The translations under genes were made by a program, and so were the position numbers. Of a stretch of 64,000 nt of DNA, positions 43,320 through 53,669 are shown piece by piece (positions within the stretch are counted from its first letter, which is position 1; every line of letters begins with the position of its first letter). The notes beneath the pieces are model-generated. The model had not been told where the DNA came from and searched no databases. It saw only the letters and a program-made list of their open reading frames with translations. Origin of the DNA: an uncultured Spirochaetota bacterium. GTDB taxonomy: Bacteria; Spirochaetota; Spirochaetia; SZUA-6; Fen-1364. The stretch covers positions 256,001 to 320,000 of the forward strand of contig CAVTHO010000009.1 in NCBI GenBank assembly GCA_963734545.1, written 5' to 3'.

Positions 43320-43838
43320 ATGCTGAGTCCGGAGGAGAGGCAAAAGATAGAGGAGGAGGCGCGGCACCACGAGCAAAGGCGGGCCGCCGTCTCCGAGGCG
43401 CTTCTGATCGTCCAGGAAAGCCGGGGATGGGTTTCGGATGAGGGCATCGCGGACGTGGCGGAGATTCTCGGGATGAGCGTGGAGGAAGTGGACGGGATCG
43501 CCACTTTCTACGAGCTGATCTACCGCAAGCCCGTGGGAAAGCACGTCATCATGGTCTGTGACAGCGTGAGCTGCTGGATCACCGGTGAGGAGCGCATCAG
43601 CGCGCATCTCCGCCAGAGGCTGGGCATCGAGCCGGGCGGCACCACGACCGACGGGGCGTTCACACTTCTGCCGGTGGGCTGTCTCGGCGCATGTGACGCG
43701 GGCCCCGCAATGATGGTGGACGGAGAGCTCTTCGACAATCTGACACCCGAACGGGCCGACGAAATCCTGGCGCGCTACGGGCTGCCGCGGGGAGCGGCGG
43801 ACGGGATGGGAGCAGATGCTCAAGCCGCTCACCGCTGA
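43320..43838 (+). CDS. nuoE: NADH-quinone oxidoreductase subunit E
   Basis: ATFY, CDSVSC, CLGACDAGPAMMV. Confidence 0.93.
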   Translation: MLSPEERQKIEEEARHHEQRRAAVSEALLIVQESRGWVSDEGIADVAEILGMSVEEVDGIATFYELIYRKPVGKHVIMVCDSVSCWITGEERISAHLRQRLGIEPGGTTTDGAFTLLPVGCLGACDAGPAMMVDGELFDNLTPERADEILARYGLPRGAADGMGADAQAAHR

Positions 43839-45133
43839 CATACGTTCCGGATCGGGCTGCCCTGGACGTCGGCGCCTACGAGGCGGCCGGCGGATACCAG
43901 GGACTGCGCAAGGCGCTTGCCATGAACCCGGTGCAGGTCCAGCAGACAGTCACCGCCTCGGGACTGCGCGGCAGGGGCGGCGCGGGATTCCCCACCGGGA
44001 TGAAATGGAGCTTCGTTCCCATGGGAACGGGGCCGGTGGGCGCGGTCGGCGGGACCGCGGGCGGCATTGCGGATACAGACGGGCACCGCTACATGGTGGT
44101 GAACGCGGACGAAAAAGAACCGGGCACCATGAAGGACCGGTGGCTGATGGAAGGCAATCCGCACGAGCTCATCGAGGGCGCGCTGATCGCCGCATGGGCC
44201 ATGCAGGCGGATATCGCCTACATCTTCCTCCGCCGTGAATACACGAAGTGCGCGGCCAGCCTGACAAAGGCCATGGAAGAGGCGCGCCAGCGGACGTACA
44301 TCGGCCCGCGGGTCCTGGGAACCGGCTGGAATATCGAGATGCGGCTGCACCTGAGCGCGGGCCGCTACATGTGCGGGGAGGAGAGCGGGCTGCTGAACGC
44401 ACTGGAAGGCAGGCGCGGCATCCCTAGGAACAAGCCGCCGTTCCCCCAGGTGAGCGGGCTCTGGGGAAGGCCCACGGTCGTGAACAACGTGGAGACGCTG
44501 TGCAATGTCCCCCACATACTCCGCGAAGGGCCCGAACTGGTACAAGGCGCTGAGCACCTCGCCGGATTCGGGCACGAAGATCTACGGCGTGAGCGGCAGG
44601 GTGAAAAGGCCCGGGCTGTGGGAGCTGCCCATCGGCACGACCATCCGGGAGATCATCGAAGAGCACGCCGGCGGCATGGCGGACGGCCTTGCGCTCCGCG
44701 GTCTCATTCCCGGGGGCGCCTCCACGGATTTCCTCACCGCGGACCAGCTCGATGTAAGGATGGATTTCGATTCCCTGGTGAAAGGCCGGGAGCCGTCTCG
44801 GGCACCGGCACCCTGGTCGTGCTCGACGACCATACGTGCCCGGTCGGCATGGTGCTCAGCCTGGAGAAGTTCTTCGCGCGGGAGTCCTGCGGCTGGTGCA
44901 CGCCGTGCCGTGAGGGTCTGCCGTGGGTCGCGCGCACGCTGGAAGCGCTGGAGCAAGGCAGGGGGGAGCCCCGGGACCTCGAGGTGCTCGAAAAGCACGT
45001 GCGCCTGCTGGCGCCCGGGCGCACTTTCTGCGCTCTCGCCCCCGGGGCGGTCGAGCCGCTGGGAAGCGCCTTGAAGCTTTTCCGCGATGATTTCGCACGC
45101 CACGTACGGGAGAAGAGGTGTCCCTGGAAATGA
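43816..45133 (+). CDS. nuoF: NADH-quinone oxidoreductase subunit F (frameshifted)
   Basis: [54 protein letters not shown]. Confidence 0.93.
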
Positions 45134-47957
45134 AGACCTTCACCCTGACCATAGACGGAAAGCGCTACGAGGTGGAAGGAGAGGGAAAGAACCTCCTCGC
45201 CGTGAGCCTCTCCCTCGGCCTGAACCTCCCCTACTTCTGCTGGCATCCCGCCCTCCACTCGGTGGGCGCCTGCCGCCAGTGCGCCGTGAAGCTGTTCAAG
45301 GACGCCTCCGACACCCGGGGCAGGATCGTGATGTCCTGCATGACACCGGTGGTGGACGGGATGCTCGTTTCCATCGAGGACCCGGAGGCCCGGGCGTTCC
45401 GCGGCAGCGTCACCGAGTGGCTCATGGTCAATCACCCGCACGACTGCCCCATCTGCGACGAGGGGGGCGAGTGTCACCTGCAGGACATGACGGTGATGAC
45501 GGGCCACAACTATCGCGGCTACCGATTCACCAAGCGGACATATCACAACCAGGACCTCGGGCCTTTCCTGAACCACGAAATGAACCGCTGCATCCAGTGC
45601 TACCGCTGCATCAGGTTCTACCGCGACTACGCGGGCGGAAAAGACCTGGAGGTGCTGGGCGCTCACGACAATGTCTACTTCGGCCGTCACACGGACGGGA
45701 CCCTGGAAAACGAGTTCAGCGGGAATCTCGTGGAGGTCTGCCCCACCGGCGTGTTCACGGACAAGACCCTGAAAAATCACTACACGCGCAAGTGGGACCT
45801 CCAGACCGCGCCCTCCATCTGCACGCACTGCGCAGTCGGCTGCAACATCATCCCCGGTGAGCGCTACGGCACCATTCGGAGGGTGCGCACGCGCTACAAC
45901 GGAGAGGTGAACGGCTACTTCCTGTGCGACAGGGGCCGGTACGGGTACGAGTTCGTGAACAGCCCGCGAAGAATCCGGCAGGCCCTGGCTGCAAAGGACG
46001 GCGTGCTCGCCCCGGTGAGCGCGGAGAACGCCCTCACCCTGGCGCGCGAATCACTCGGCGCCGGCAAGGCCATTGGCATTGGCTCTCCCCGCGCTTCGCT
46101 GGAAACAAACTACGCCCTTCGGAGGCTGGTGGGCGCTGAGAACTTCTACATGGGCGTTTCCGAATCCCGGCTGGGCCTGCACCAGCTCATGCTGAAGGTC
46201 CTCCGGGACGGCCCGGCACCAGGCGCATCGGTGAAGCAGGCAGGCGCGTCGGACGCGGTCCTCGTCCTTGGTGAGGATGTCTGGAACACGGCTCCCATTC
46301 TGGCGCTGAACCTCCGCCAGGCCTCGACGAATGTCCCGGCTGCGGCAGCTATCAAGAGGCAGAAGCTGAACCGCTGGGATGACACTGCGGTCCGGGAAGC
46401 CATCCGGCACGAAAAGGGCCCCTTCTTCGTGGCGGGCGTTGAGGAAACCCGGCTGGACGATGTGGCAAAGACCGCCTGGCACGCAGCGCCCGCGGACCTC
46501 GCGCGTCTCGGGTTTGCGGTGGCCCATGAGATCGACCCCAAGGCGCCCGCGGTCCCCGGCCTTGCGCCGGACGTCCAGGAGCTCGCGGCAGCCATCGCGC
46601 GGGCGCTGCTGGGCGCCGAGCGCCCGCTCGTGGTGAGCGGGGCGGGCCTGGGCAGCGCGGAGGTCATCCAGGCAGCGGCGAACGTCGCGCGCGCGCTGAA
46701 GACGGCGGGCAGGGACGCCCGCATCAGTCTCGTGTTCCCCGAAGCGAACAGCTTCGGCGCTGCCATGCTCGAAGCGCGCGGCGGAATCGAATCAGCGGCG
46801 CGGGCGCTCGGCGCCCGCAAAGGGGCGCAAGGCGCAGAGAAAGGGGCGCGAGGCGCGGAGAAAGCGGCGCGGGGCGCCGAGAAAGGGGCGCTCGTGATCG
46901 CGGAGGCTGACCTCTTCCGCGAGGCGGACCAGAAAACAGTGCGCGACATGCTCGCGTCAGCCTCACGCGTCATCGCCATCGACCATTCGACGAATGCCAC
47001 CACCGAGGCAGCGCAGATCGTGCTGCCGGCCGCGACGTACGCGGAGTCTTCGGGCACGCTCGTTTCCAGCGAAGGCCGGGCCCAGCGCTTCTTCTCCGTC
47101 ATGCCGCCAATCGGCGACGTGCGGGAAAGCTGGCACTGGCTTGGAGATCTGGCGGCCGGCGCGGCCGGCGCCGCGTCGGCGCGGGCGCAGGCTCCGGCGC
47201 AGGCGCGGGCAGCGCTGCGGGCAACGGCGCCTGGCAGAACCTCGATGCGATCATCAATGCCATGACAGCGGAGCTTCCCGAGCTGCGCGGAGTCCGCGAG
47301 GCTGCGCCGAATGCCGCGTTCCGTGTCAACGGACTGCGCGTTCCGCGCAAGTCTTTCCGGGAAAGCGGCCGCACGGCAGTGACGGCACACATAGACCTGC
47401 ACGAGCCCCGGCCTGCCCAGGATCCTGATTCGCCGCTCGCCTACACCATGGAAGGACTCGGGCGGGGCGCACCCCCGGCCCTCTTTGCCAGGTTCTGGTC
47501 TCCCGGCTGGAACTCCGACCAGTCGCTCAACAAGTTCCAGTCCGAGGTGGGCGGGCAGCTTATCGGCGGTGACCCGGGGGTGCGCCTGGTGGAGGCGCCC
47601 GCGAGCGCGGCAGGGTCGTACTTTGCCGCAGCTCCCGCTGCCCCGGCCGCTCGTGACGGCCTCCTGCTGCTCGTGCCCCGTTATCACGTGTTCGGGTCAG
47701 AGGAGCTCTCCCTCCTTTCACCCGGAGTTGCCGAGCGGTCCCCGCACGCCTACATCGCGCTCTCTCCCGCCGAGGCGGAGAGCCGCGGTCTGGCGGAAGG
47801 GCAGACCGCGCGCGTCACCACAGAGGGAGGCACGGTGATGGACCTGTCAGTCGTGATCCGGCAGCTTCCGGCGGGCGTGGCCGCGGCCCCCTACGGGCGG
47901 CCCGGCCTGACAGGGACCTGGCCCGGCACGGTCCGGGTTGCAAGGGGCGGCACATGA
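45130..47957 (+). CDS. nuoG: NADH-quinone oxidoreductase subunit G (frameshift near 47225)
   Basis: PYFCWHP...[35 protein letters not shown]7 motif CTHCAVGC...FLCDRGR, WSPGWNS. Confidence 0.93.
46819..46891 (+). repeat. in-frame 21-bp tandem repeat (about 3.5 copies) inside nuoG
   Basis: AAAGGGGCGCAAGGCGCAGAG-type units at 46819, 46840, 46861 and 46882 encoding KGARGAE. Confidence 0.85.
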
Positions 47958-48910
47958 GCGCGGTCGGCCTGTCGATCCTGGTGATCCTCGGGGTCCTGGT
48001 CGGCGCCCTGCTGTTCGCCGCCGGGATGATCTGGTTCGAGCGCCGTCTCCTCGGCGTCTTCCAGGAGCGCTACGGACCCAACAGGGCGGGGCCTTTCGGC
48101 GTGCTGCAGGTGATCGCGGACATGCTGAAGATCTTCACGAAGGAGAACTGGATCCCTCCCTTCGCGGAGAAGGCCGTATTCGTGGTCGCCCCGTCCATCA
48201 TCATGATCACGACGCTCGCGTCGTTCGCCGTCATCCCCATCGCGCCGGCAATCCTCGTGTCCGACCTCGACGTGGGGCTGCTCTTCTTCCTTGCCATGTC
48301 TTCATTCGCCGTGTACAGCGTGGCGCTGGCCGGGTGGGCTTCCAACAACAAGTATTCGCTCCTGGGGAGCATCCGCGCGGTGGGCCAGATGGTGAGCTAC
48401 GAGGTGTTCATGGGCCTGTCCCTCATGGGAGTGGTGCTCATGGCCGGTTCCTTCAGCCTGCAGGACATCGTGACCGCCCAGAAGGGGATGTGGTACGTGG
48501 TCCCGCAGTTCGTGGGGTTCGTCGTCTTCTTCATTGCGGGACTGGCGGAGACGCGCCGCATCCCGTTCGATCTGCCGGAAGCGGAGAGCGAGCTGGTGGC
48601 CGGCTATCACACGGAATACTCCGGCTTCAAGTTCGCCATGTTCTATGTCGGGGAATACATCGGCATCACCCTGATCTCGATGATGATCGTGACGCTGTTC
48701 TTCGGCGGGTGGCAGGGACCGTATCTTCCTCCCCTCGTCTGGTTCCTCGTCAAGACCCTCGCCTTTGTCGCGTTTTTCATCCTGGTGCGTTCGGCGCTGC
48801 CCCGTCCGCGCTACGACCAGCTCCTTGCCTTTGGATGGAAGCTCATGCTTCCCCTCGCCCTCGTGAATCTTGCCGTGACCGGCGGCATCGTGCTTGCCGT
48901 CGGCAGATAG
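47954..48910 (+). CDS. nuoH: NADH-quinone oxidoreductase subunit H
   Basis: ERR...Q.RYGPNRAGP, SNNKYSLLG, PFDLPEAESELVAGY.TEYSG. Confidence 0.95.
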   Translation: MSAVGLSILVILGVLVGALLFAAGMIWFERRLLGVFQERYGPNRAGPFGVLQVIADMLKIFTKENWIPPFAEKAVFVVAPSIIMITTLASFAVIPIAPAILVSDLDVGLLFFLAMSSFAVYSVALAGWASNNKYSLLGSIRAVGQMVSYEVFMGLSLMGVVLMAGSFSLQDIVTAQKGMWYVVPQFVGFVVFFIAGLAETRRIPFDLPEAESELVAGYHTEYSGFKFAMFYVGEYIGITLISMMIVTLFFGGWQGPYLPPLVWFLVKTLAFVAFFILVRSALPRPRYDQLLAFGWKLMLPLALVNLAVTGGIVLAVGR

Positions 48911-48921
48911 GAGTCGTATAG

Positions 48922-49437
48922 ATGTGGAGCATCCTGAGGACGCTCTGGATCACTTTCCGCCACTCCTTCGTGAAAAGGGTGACGGTGCTCTATCCCGAAG
49001 TGAAGCGCCTGCTGCCCCCGCGCTGGAGGGGGCGGATCGTTCTCACCCGTGACCCGGACGGTGAGGAACGCTGCGTTGCCTGCTACCTGTGCTCCGCCGT
49101 GTGCCCCGTGGCATGCATTGCGCTCCAGGCAGGCATCGACGAGAAGGGACGGAGACGGCCTGATTTCTTCCGCATCAATTTCTCCCGCTGCATCTACTGC
49201 GGGCTCTGCGAGGAAGCCTGCCCCACGTTCGCCATCCAGCTCACGCCGGACTACGAGATGGCGGAGTACGAGAGAAAGAACCTCGTGTACGAGAAGGAAG
49301 ACCTCCTGATCTCGGGCACGGGGAAGTACCCCGGCTACAACTTCTACAAGGTGTCCGGCATGGAGATCAGCGGCAAGGCCAAGGGGGAAGCGGAGAACGA
49401 GCGGCCGCCCGTCGACGTGAGGAGTCTCCTGCCGTGA
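48922..49437 (+). CDS. nuoI: NADH-quinone oxidoreductase subunit I
   Basis: [27 protein letters not shown]. Confidence 0.95.
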   Translation: MWSILRTLWITFRHSFVKRVTVLYPEVKRLLPPRWRGRIVLTRDPDGEERCVACYLCSAVCPVACIALQAGIDEKGRRRPDFFRINFSRCIYCGLCEEACPTFAIQLTPDYEMAEYERKNLVYEKEDLLISGTGKYPGYNFYKVSGMEISGKAKGEAENERPPVDVRSLLP

Positions 49438-49904
49438 ACACCGTTTTCGCCCTCAGCGCACTGGTGGCGGTCATCGCCACCGTCCTCGTGATCACGCGGC
49501 GCAATGCCGTGCACGCGCTCCTGTACCTGGTGGTGTCGCTGCTGGCCGTTGCCGTGATCATGTTCCTCCTCGGCGCCGCGTTCGTCGCGGCCCTGGAGGT
49601 GATCATCTACGCGGGGGCGATCATGGTCCTGTTCGTGTTCGTGATAATGCTGATCGGTCATGAAAGCATCGCGATGAATCCCCGGGCCTGGATCGGGCCC
49701 TCCGTGCTGAGCGCGATCCTGCTCGTCGAGCTCGCATGGGTGCTGGCCCGGGGCCCGCTCACCGGAACGGCTGCCACGGAAGTCGGCCCCAAGCAGGTGG
49801 GCATCGCGCTTTTCGGTCCGTACCTGCTGGGCGCCGAGATGGCCGCGTTTCTCCTTCTTGCAGGGCTGGTCGGCGCATACCATCTCGGGCGGAGGAGGAA
49901 CTAG
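49434..49904 (+). CDS. nuoJ: NADH-quinone oxidoreductase subunit J
   Basis: [28 protein letters not shown]. Confidence 0.93.
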   Translation: MNTVFALSALVAVIATVLVITRRNAVHALLYLVVSLLAVAVIMFLLGAAFVAALEVIIYAGAIMVLFVFVIMLIGHESIAMNPRAWIGPSVLSAILLVELAWVLARGPLTGTAATEVGPKQVGIALFGPYLLGAEMAAFLLLAGLVGAYHLGRRRN

Positions 49905-50207
49905 ATGGCATCAGTCTCTCCTGAATACGCCCTCCTGCTGGCCGGCGTTCTCTTCTGCCTGGGGCTCGTCGGCGTGATCGTGCGCCGCAACCTGCTCTTC
50001 ATCCTCCTGTGCGTGGAGATCATGCTGAACGCGGCGGGGCTCGCATTCGTGGCGGCCGGGGCGCGCTGGGGCCAGCCGGACGGCCAGGTGATGTTCATAT
50101 TCCTGCTCACCATGGCAGCCGCGGAGGTTGCGGTGGGACTGGCGCTCCTGATCCTGCATTTCAACCGGCGCAAGACGCTCAATGCCGACCTGATGGGGGG
50201 AGGATGA
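49905..50207 (+). CDS. nuoK: NADH-quinone oxidoreductase subunit K
   Basis: [26 protein letters not shown]. Confidence 0.93.
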   Translation: MASVSPEYALLLAGVLFCLGLVGVIVRRNLLFILLCVEIMLNAAGLAFVAAGARWGQPDGQVMFIFLLTMAAAEVAVGLALLILHFNRRKTLNADLMGGG

Positions 50208-50208
50208 G

Positions 50209-52170
50209 ATGCTGAGCTGGATCTGGTGCATTCCCGCCCTCCCGCTTGCCGGGTTTCTGGTCCTGGCCGTGCTCGGCGGCAGGCTCTCCCGGACCCTGAC
50301 AGCGGTCATCGGTGCCGGATCCGTGGGCCTCTCCCTCGCGGCAGCCGCGGCCGCGAGCGCGCTGTTCGCCGCCTATCCGCCGGCCGGGTCCTCGTACACG
50401 CTGCTCCTCTGGCAGTGGGTCAATGTCGGAGGCTTCTCCCCGGCAATCTCCCTCACGCTGGACTCGCTCTCCGTGGTCATGATCCTCGTGGTGACGGGCG
50501 TGGGTTTCCTGATCCATCTCTACTCCACCCGGTTCATGGCCGATGAGGAAGGCTACAGCAGGTTCTTCGCCTACATGAACCTCTTTGTCGGCTCCATGCT
50601 GATCCTCGTGATGGCGGGCAACCTCCTCCTTCTCTACCTGGGTTGGGAAGGCGTGGGTCTGTGCAGCTACCTGCTCATCGGATTCTGGTACTCGGACCCG
50701 GAGAACGGGCGCTCCGCGCGCAAGGCGTTCATCGTGACGCGCATTGGCGATGTGTCCCTTGCCATCGGGCTCTTCATCCTCGCAACGACCCTGGGGACCC
50801 TCGACGTGCGGGAAATCGCGCAGAAGGCGACATCCCTGTGGCCTGTCGGCTCGACCCTCGCGGTGGCAACCGCGGCCCTCCTCCTGGGCGGCGCGGTGGG
50901 CAAGTCGGCCCAGCTCCCCCTGCAGACCTGGCTTCCGGACGCAATGGCCGGGCCCTCGCCGGTCAGCGCCCTGATCCACGCGGCCACCATGGTCACGGCG
51001 GGCGTGTACCTGATCGCGCGCACGCATGCCCTGTTCCAGCTGGCCCCCGCCGTGCTCATGGCAGTGGCCATCATCGGCGCGGCCGGCATCCTCGTTGCGG
51101 GGCTGAGCGCAACCACGCAGCGGAACATCAAGCGCGTCCTTGCCTACTCCACCATGAGCCAGCTCGGCTACATGTTTCTTGCCCTGGGAGTCGGCGCCTG
51201 GTCCGGGGCGATCTTTCACCTCGTGACGCACGCCTTCTTCAAGTCCCTGCTGTTTCTCGGCGCCGGCGTCGTGATCCTGGCCTCGAACCACGAGCATGAC
51301 ATCTTTGCCATGGGCGGCATGGCGAAGAAATCGCCCTTCACGTTCTGGACATTCCTGATCGGCGCTTTCACGCTCGCGGCCATTCCGCCGACAACGGCCG
51401 GCTTCTCCAGCAAGGACTTCATCCTGGCCCAGGCGTGGCAGTCGGGAGGCGCGGGCCGCGTGTTCTGGGCCCTGGGGATCGCGGGCGCGTTCGTCACCTC
51501 TGTCTACATATTCCGCCTCATCTTCGTCGTGTTCGGCGGCAAGCCCCGGGCCGCTGCCCCGGCAGCAGGGCACGGCGCGTCCGGCGCCGCCGGACACGCG
51601 GCCACGGGACACGCGGCCGGCAGGAACGGCATGCAGGCGGGCCTGGTCATGGGAATCCCTCTTCTTCTCCTTGCGCTGCTCTGCCTGGGCGGCGGCTTTC
51701 TTGGTCTGCCCCATTACCTCGGGGGCAAGCCTTTCCTCATCGATTTCCTGCACACGACCCTGCCGGTGGAAATCGCCCCTGAGCCGTCCGTGCGCACGGA
51801 GATGATTCTCCAGGGCCTCGCGGAGGCAGCATCCCTGCTGGGAATACCGGTGGCGTGGCTCATCGTCAGGCGGCGCCTGCGCGCGTCGCCCGCGGCAGCA
51901 GCATCGATGGACAAGGCGGCGCACGTGAGGTTCCTCCAGGGCGGCTGGGGCTTCGACTGGATCTATGACCAGGTGCTCGTGAAACCCTTCATGCTGCTGG
52001 CAAAGGTCAATGCCCGGGACGTGGTGGACCGTCTCTTTGACGGCGTGGGAGGCCTGAACATGCTTCTGTCCAAGGGGTTGCGCTGGACGCAGAACGGGCG
52101 GGTACGCTGGTATGCGGCGGGTGCCGCTGCCGGTGCCGTGCTCATTGCAGCCGCGGTGGTGCTGCTATGA
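50209..52170 (+). CDS. nuoL: NADH-quinone oxidoreductase subunit L
   Basis: WEGVGLCSYLLIGFW, GKSAQLPLQTWLPDAMAGPSPVSALIHAATMV, HAFFKSLLFL. Confidence 0.95.
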   Translation: MLSWIWCIPALPLAGFLVLAVLGGRLSRTLTAVIGAGSVGLSLAAAAAASALFAAYPPAGSSYTLLLWQWVNVGGFSPAISLTLDSLSVVMILVVTGVGFLIHLYSTRFMADEEGYSRFFAYMNLFVGSMLILVMAGNLLLLYLGWEGVGLCSYLLIGFWYSDPENGRSARKAFIVTRIGDVSLAIGLFILATTLGTLDVREIAQKATSLWPVGSTLAVATAALLLGGAVGKSAQLPLQTWLPDAMAGPSPVSALIHAATMVTAGVYLIARTHALFQLAPAVLMAVAIIGAAGILVAGLSATTQRNIKRVLAYSTMSQLGYMFLALGVGAWSGAIFHLVTHAFFKSLLFLGAGVVILASNHEHDIFAMGGMAKKSPFTFWTFLIGAFTLAAIPPTTAGFSSKDFILAQAWQSGGAGRVFWALGIAGAFVTSVYIFRLIFVVFGGKPRAAAPAAGHGASGAAGHAATGHAAGRNGMQAGLVMGIPLLLLALLCLGGGFLGLPHYLGGKPFLIDFLHTTLPVEIAPEPSVRTEMILQGLAEAASLLGIPVAWLIVRRRLRASPAAAASMDKAAHVRFLQGGWGFDWIYDQVLVKPFMLLAKVNARDVVDRLFDGVGGLNMLLSKGLRWTQNGRVRWYAAGAAAGAVLIAAAVVLL

Positions 52171-53669
52171 TCCTCGCGCTCCTCGTGGCAGTGCCCCTGG
52201 TTTTCGGGCTTGCCGGATGGGCCCTCGGCCGGCGGAACACCGACTGGAGCAGGTGGCTCGCCCTTGCAGCCAACGCCGCCAATCTCGTGATCGTCGCGGT
52301 GTTGTGGGCAGGCGCCGCAGGTGCCGGCTCTGGCGGCAACGCGCTCCCCTCCTCGCCCTGGCTCGCGCAGGTCCGCTGGCCGTGGATTCCCGGCCTGGGC
52401 ATCTCCTTCTCTTTGAGCCTGGACGGGCTCAGCCTGGCACTCCTCGCCCTCACCGCGTTCCTCGGCATCATGTCCGTCCTGGCATCCTGGAAGGGCATCA
52501 AGGAGAGGATCGGGTTCTTCCATTTCAACCTTTCCCTGGTCCTGGCAGGCGTGAACGGCGTGTTCCTTGCCACCGATCTCTTCCTCTTCGCGTTCTTCTG
52601 GGAGCTCATGCTGATCCCGATGTATTTCCTCATCGACCTGTGGGGACACGAGAACCGCCACAAGGCCGCGGTGAAGTTCTTCCTCTTCACCCAGGTGGGC
52701 GGTCTGCTCATGCTCGTGTCCATCATCGGCCTGGCCGTGGTGCACAGCATGGCGTCGGGGTCCCTCACATTCGAGTACAGCGAGCTCATCGGAACGGCCA
52801 TGTCCCCCGTCGTGGGGATGCTGCTGATGCTCGGCTTCTTCGTGGCGTTCGCGGTAAAGCTTCCCGCCTTTCCCCTGCACACCTGGCTCCCGGATGCGCA
52901 CACGGAGGCGCCCACGGCAGGCAGCGTGATCCTGGCCGGCCTGCTCCTGAAGACCGGTGGATACGGCTTGATCCGGTTCGCGCTCCCGCTCTTTCCGGCT
53001 GCTTCCCACGCCATCGCGCCAGTGGCAATGGCGATGGCCGTGGCCGGCATCATCTATGGCGGGATCATGGCGTTCAGCCAGTCCGACATGAAACGGCTGG
53101 TGGCCTACTCCAGCGTGAGCCACCTCGGCTTCGTGCTGCTGGGCGTGTACGTCTTCACCTCCCAGGCGTTGTCCGGGGCTGTTCTGCAGATGGTGAGCCA
53201 CGGGATCAGCACGGGCGCGCTCTTCATCCTGGTGGGCGCCCTGCAGGACAGGATTCACACGCGAGACATGAACCGCATGGGCGGACTCTGGAAGCAGGTT
53301 CCCCGCATGGGGGCCGCGGGCATGGTGCTCGCCATGGCGCTGGTGGGGCTCCCCGGGCTCCTGAACTTCGTGGCGGAGTTTCTCGTCCTGGTCGGCACGT
53401 GGCCGGTGAGCTCAGTGGCAACGGTCCTGGCAGGGGTCGGCCTGGTGATCGCGACCGTCTATGCGCTTCGCATGATCCAGATGGTGTTCCACGGCGGGCC
53501 CAGGGAAAAATGGGACATCCCCGATCTCTCGGTGATGGAGACCTGCGTCCTCTTCCTCATGATCGGGCTCCTGGTGGGGCTGGGGCTGTTTCCCCAGCCG
53601 CTCCTGCAGATCGTCGACAAGGTGGTGGCGGGCGTTCTGGCCGCGATCCCCTCGGGAGGTGGCGCATGA
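52167..53669 (+). CDS. nuoM: NADH-quinone oxidoreductase subunit M
   Basis: FWELMLIPMY, AVKLP.FPLHTWLPDAHTEAP, KRLVAYSSVSH. Confidence 0.95.
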   Translation: MILALLVAVPLVFGLAGWALGRRNTDWSRWLALAANAANLVIVAVLWAGAAGAGSGGNALPSSPWLAQVRWPWIPGLGISFSLSLDGLSLALLALTAFLGIMSVLASWKGIKERIGFFHFNLSLVLAGVNGVFLATDLFLFAFFWELMLIPMYFLIDLWGHENRHKAAVKFFLFTQVGGLLMLVSIIGLAVVHSMASGSLTFEYSELIGTAMSPVVGMLLMLGFFVAFAVKLPAFPLHTWLPDAHTEAPTAGSVILAGLLLKTGGYGLIRFALPLFPAASHAIAPVAMAMAVAGIIYGGIMAFSQSDMKRLVAYSSVSHLGFVLLGVYVFTSQALSGAVLQMVSHGISTGALFILVGALQDRIHTRDMNRMGGLWKQVPRMGAAGMVLAMALVGLPGLLNFVAEFLVLVGTWPVSSVATVLAGVGLVIATVYALRMIQMVFHGGPREKWDIPDLSVMETCVLFLMIGLLVGLGLFPQPLLQIVDKVVAGVLAAIPSGGGA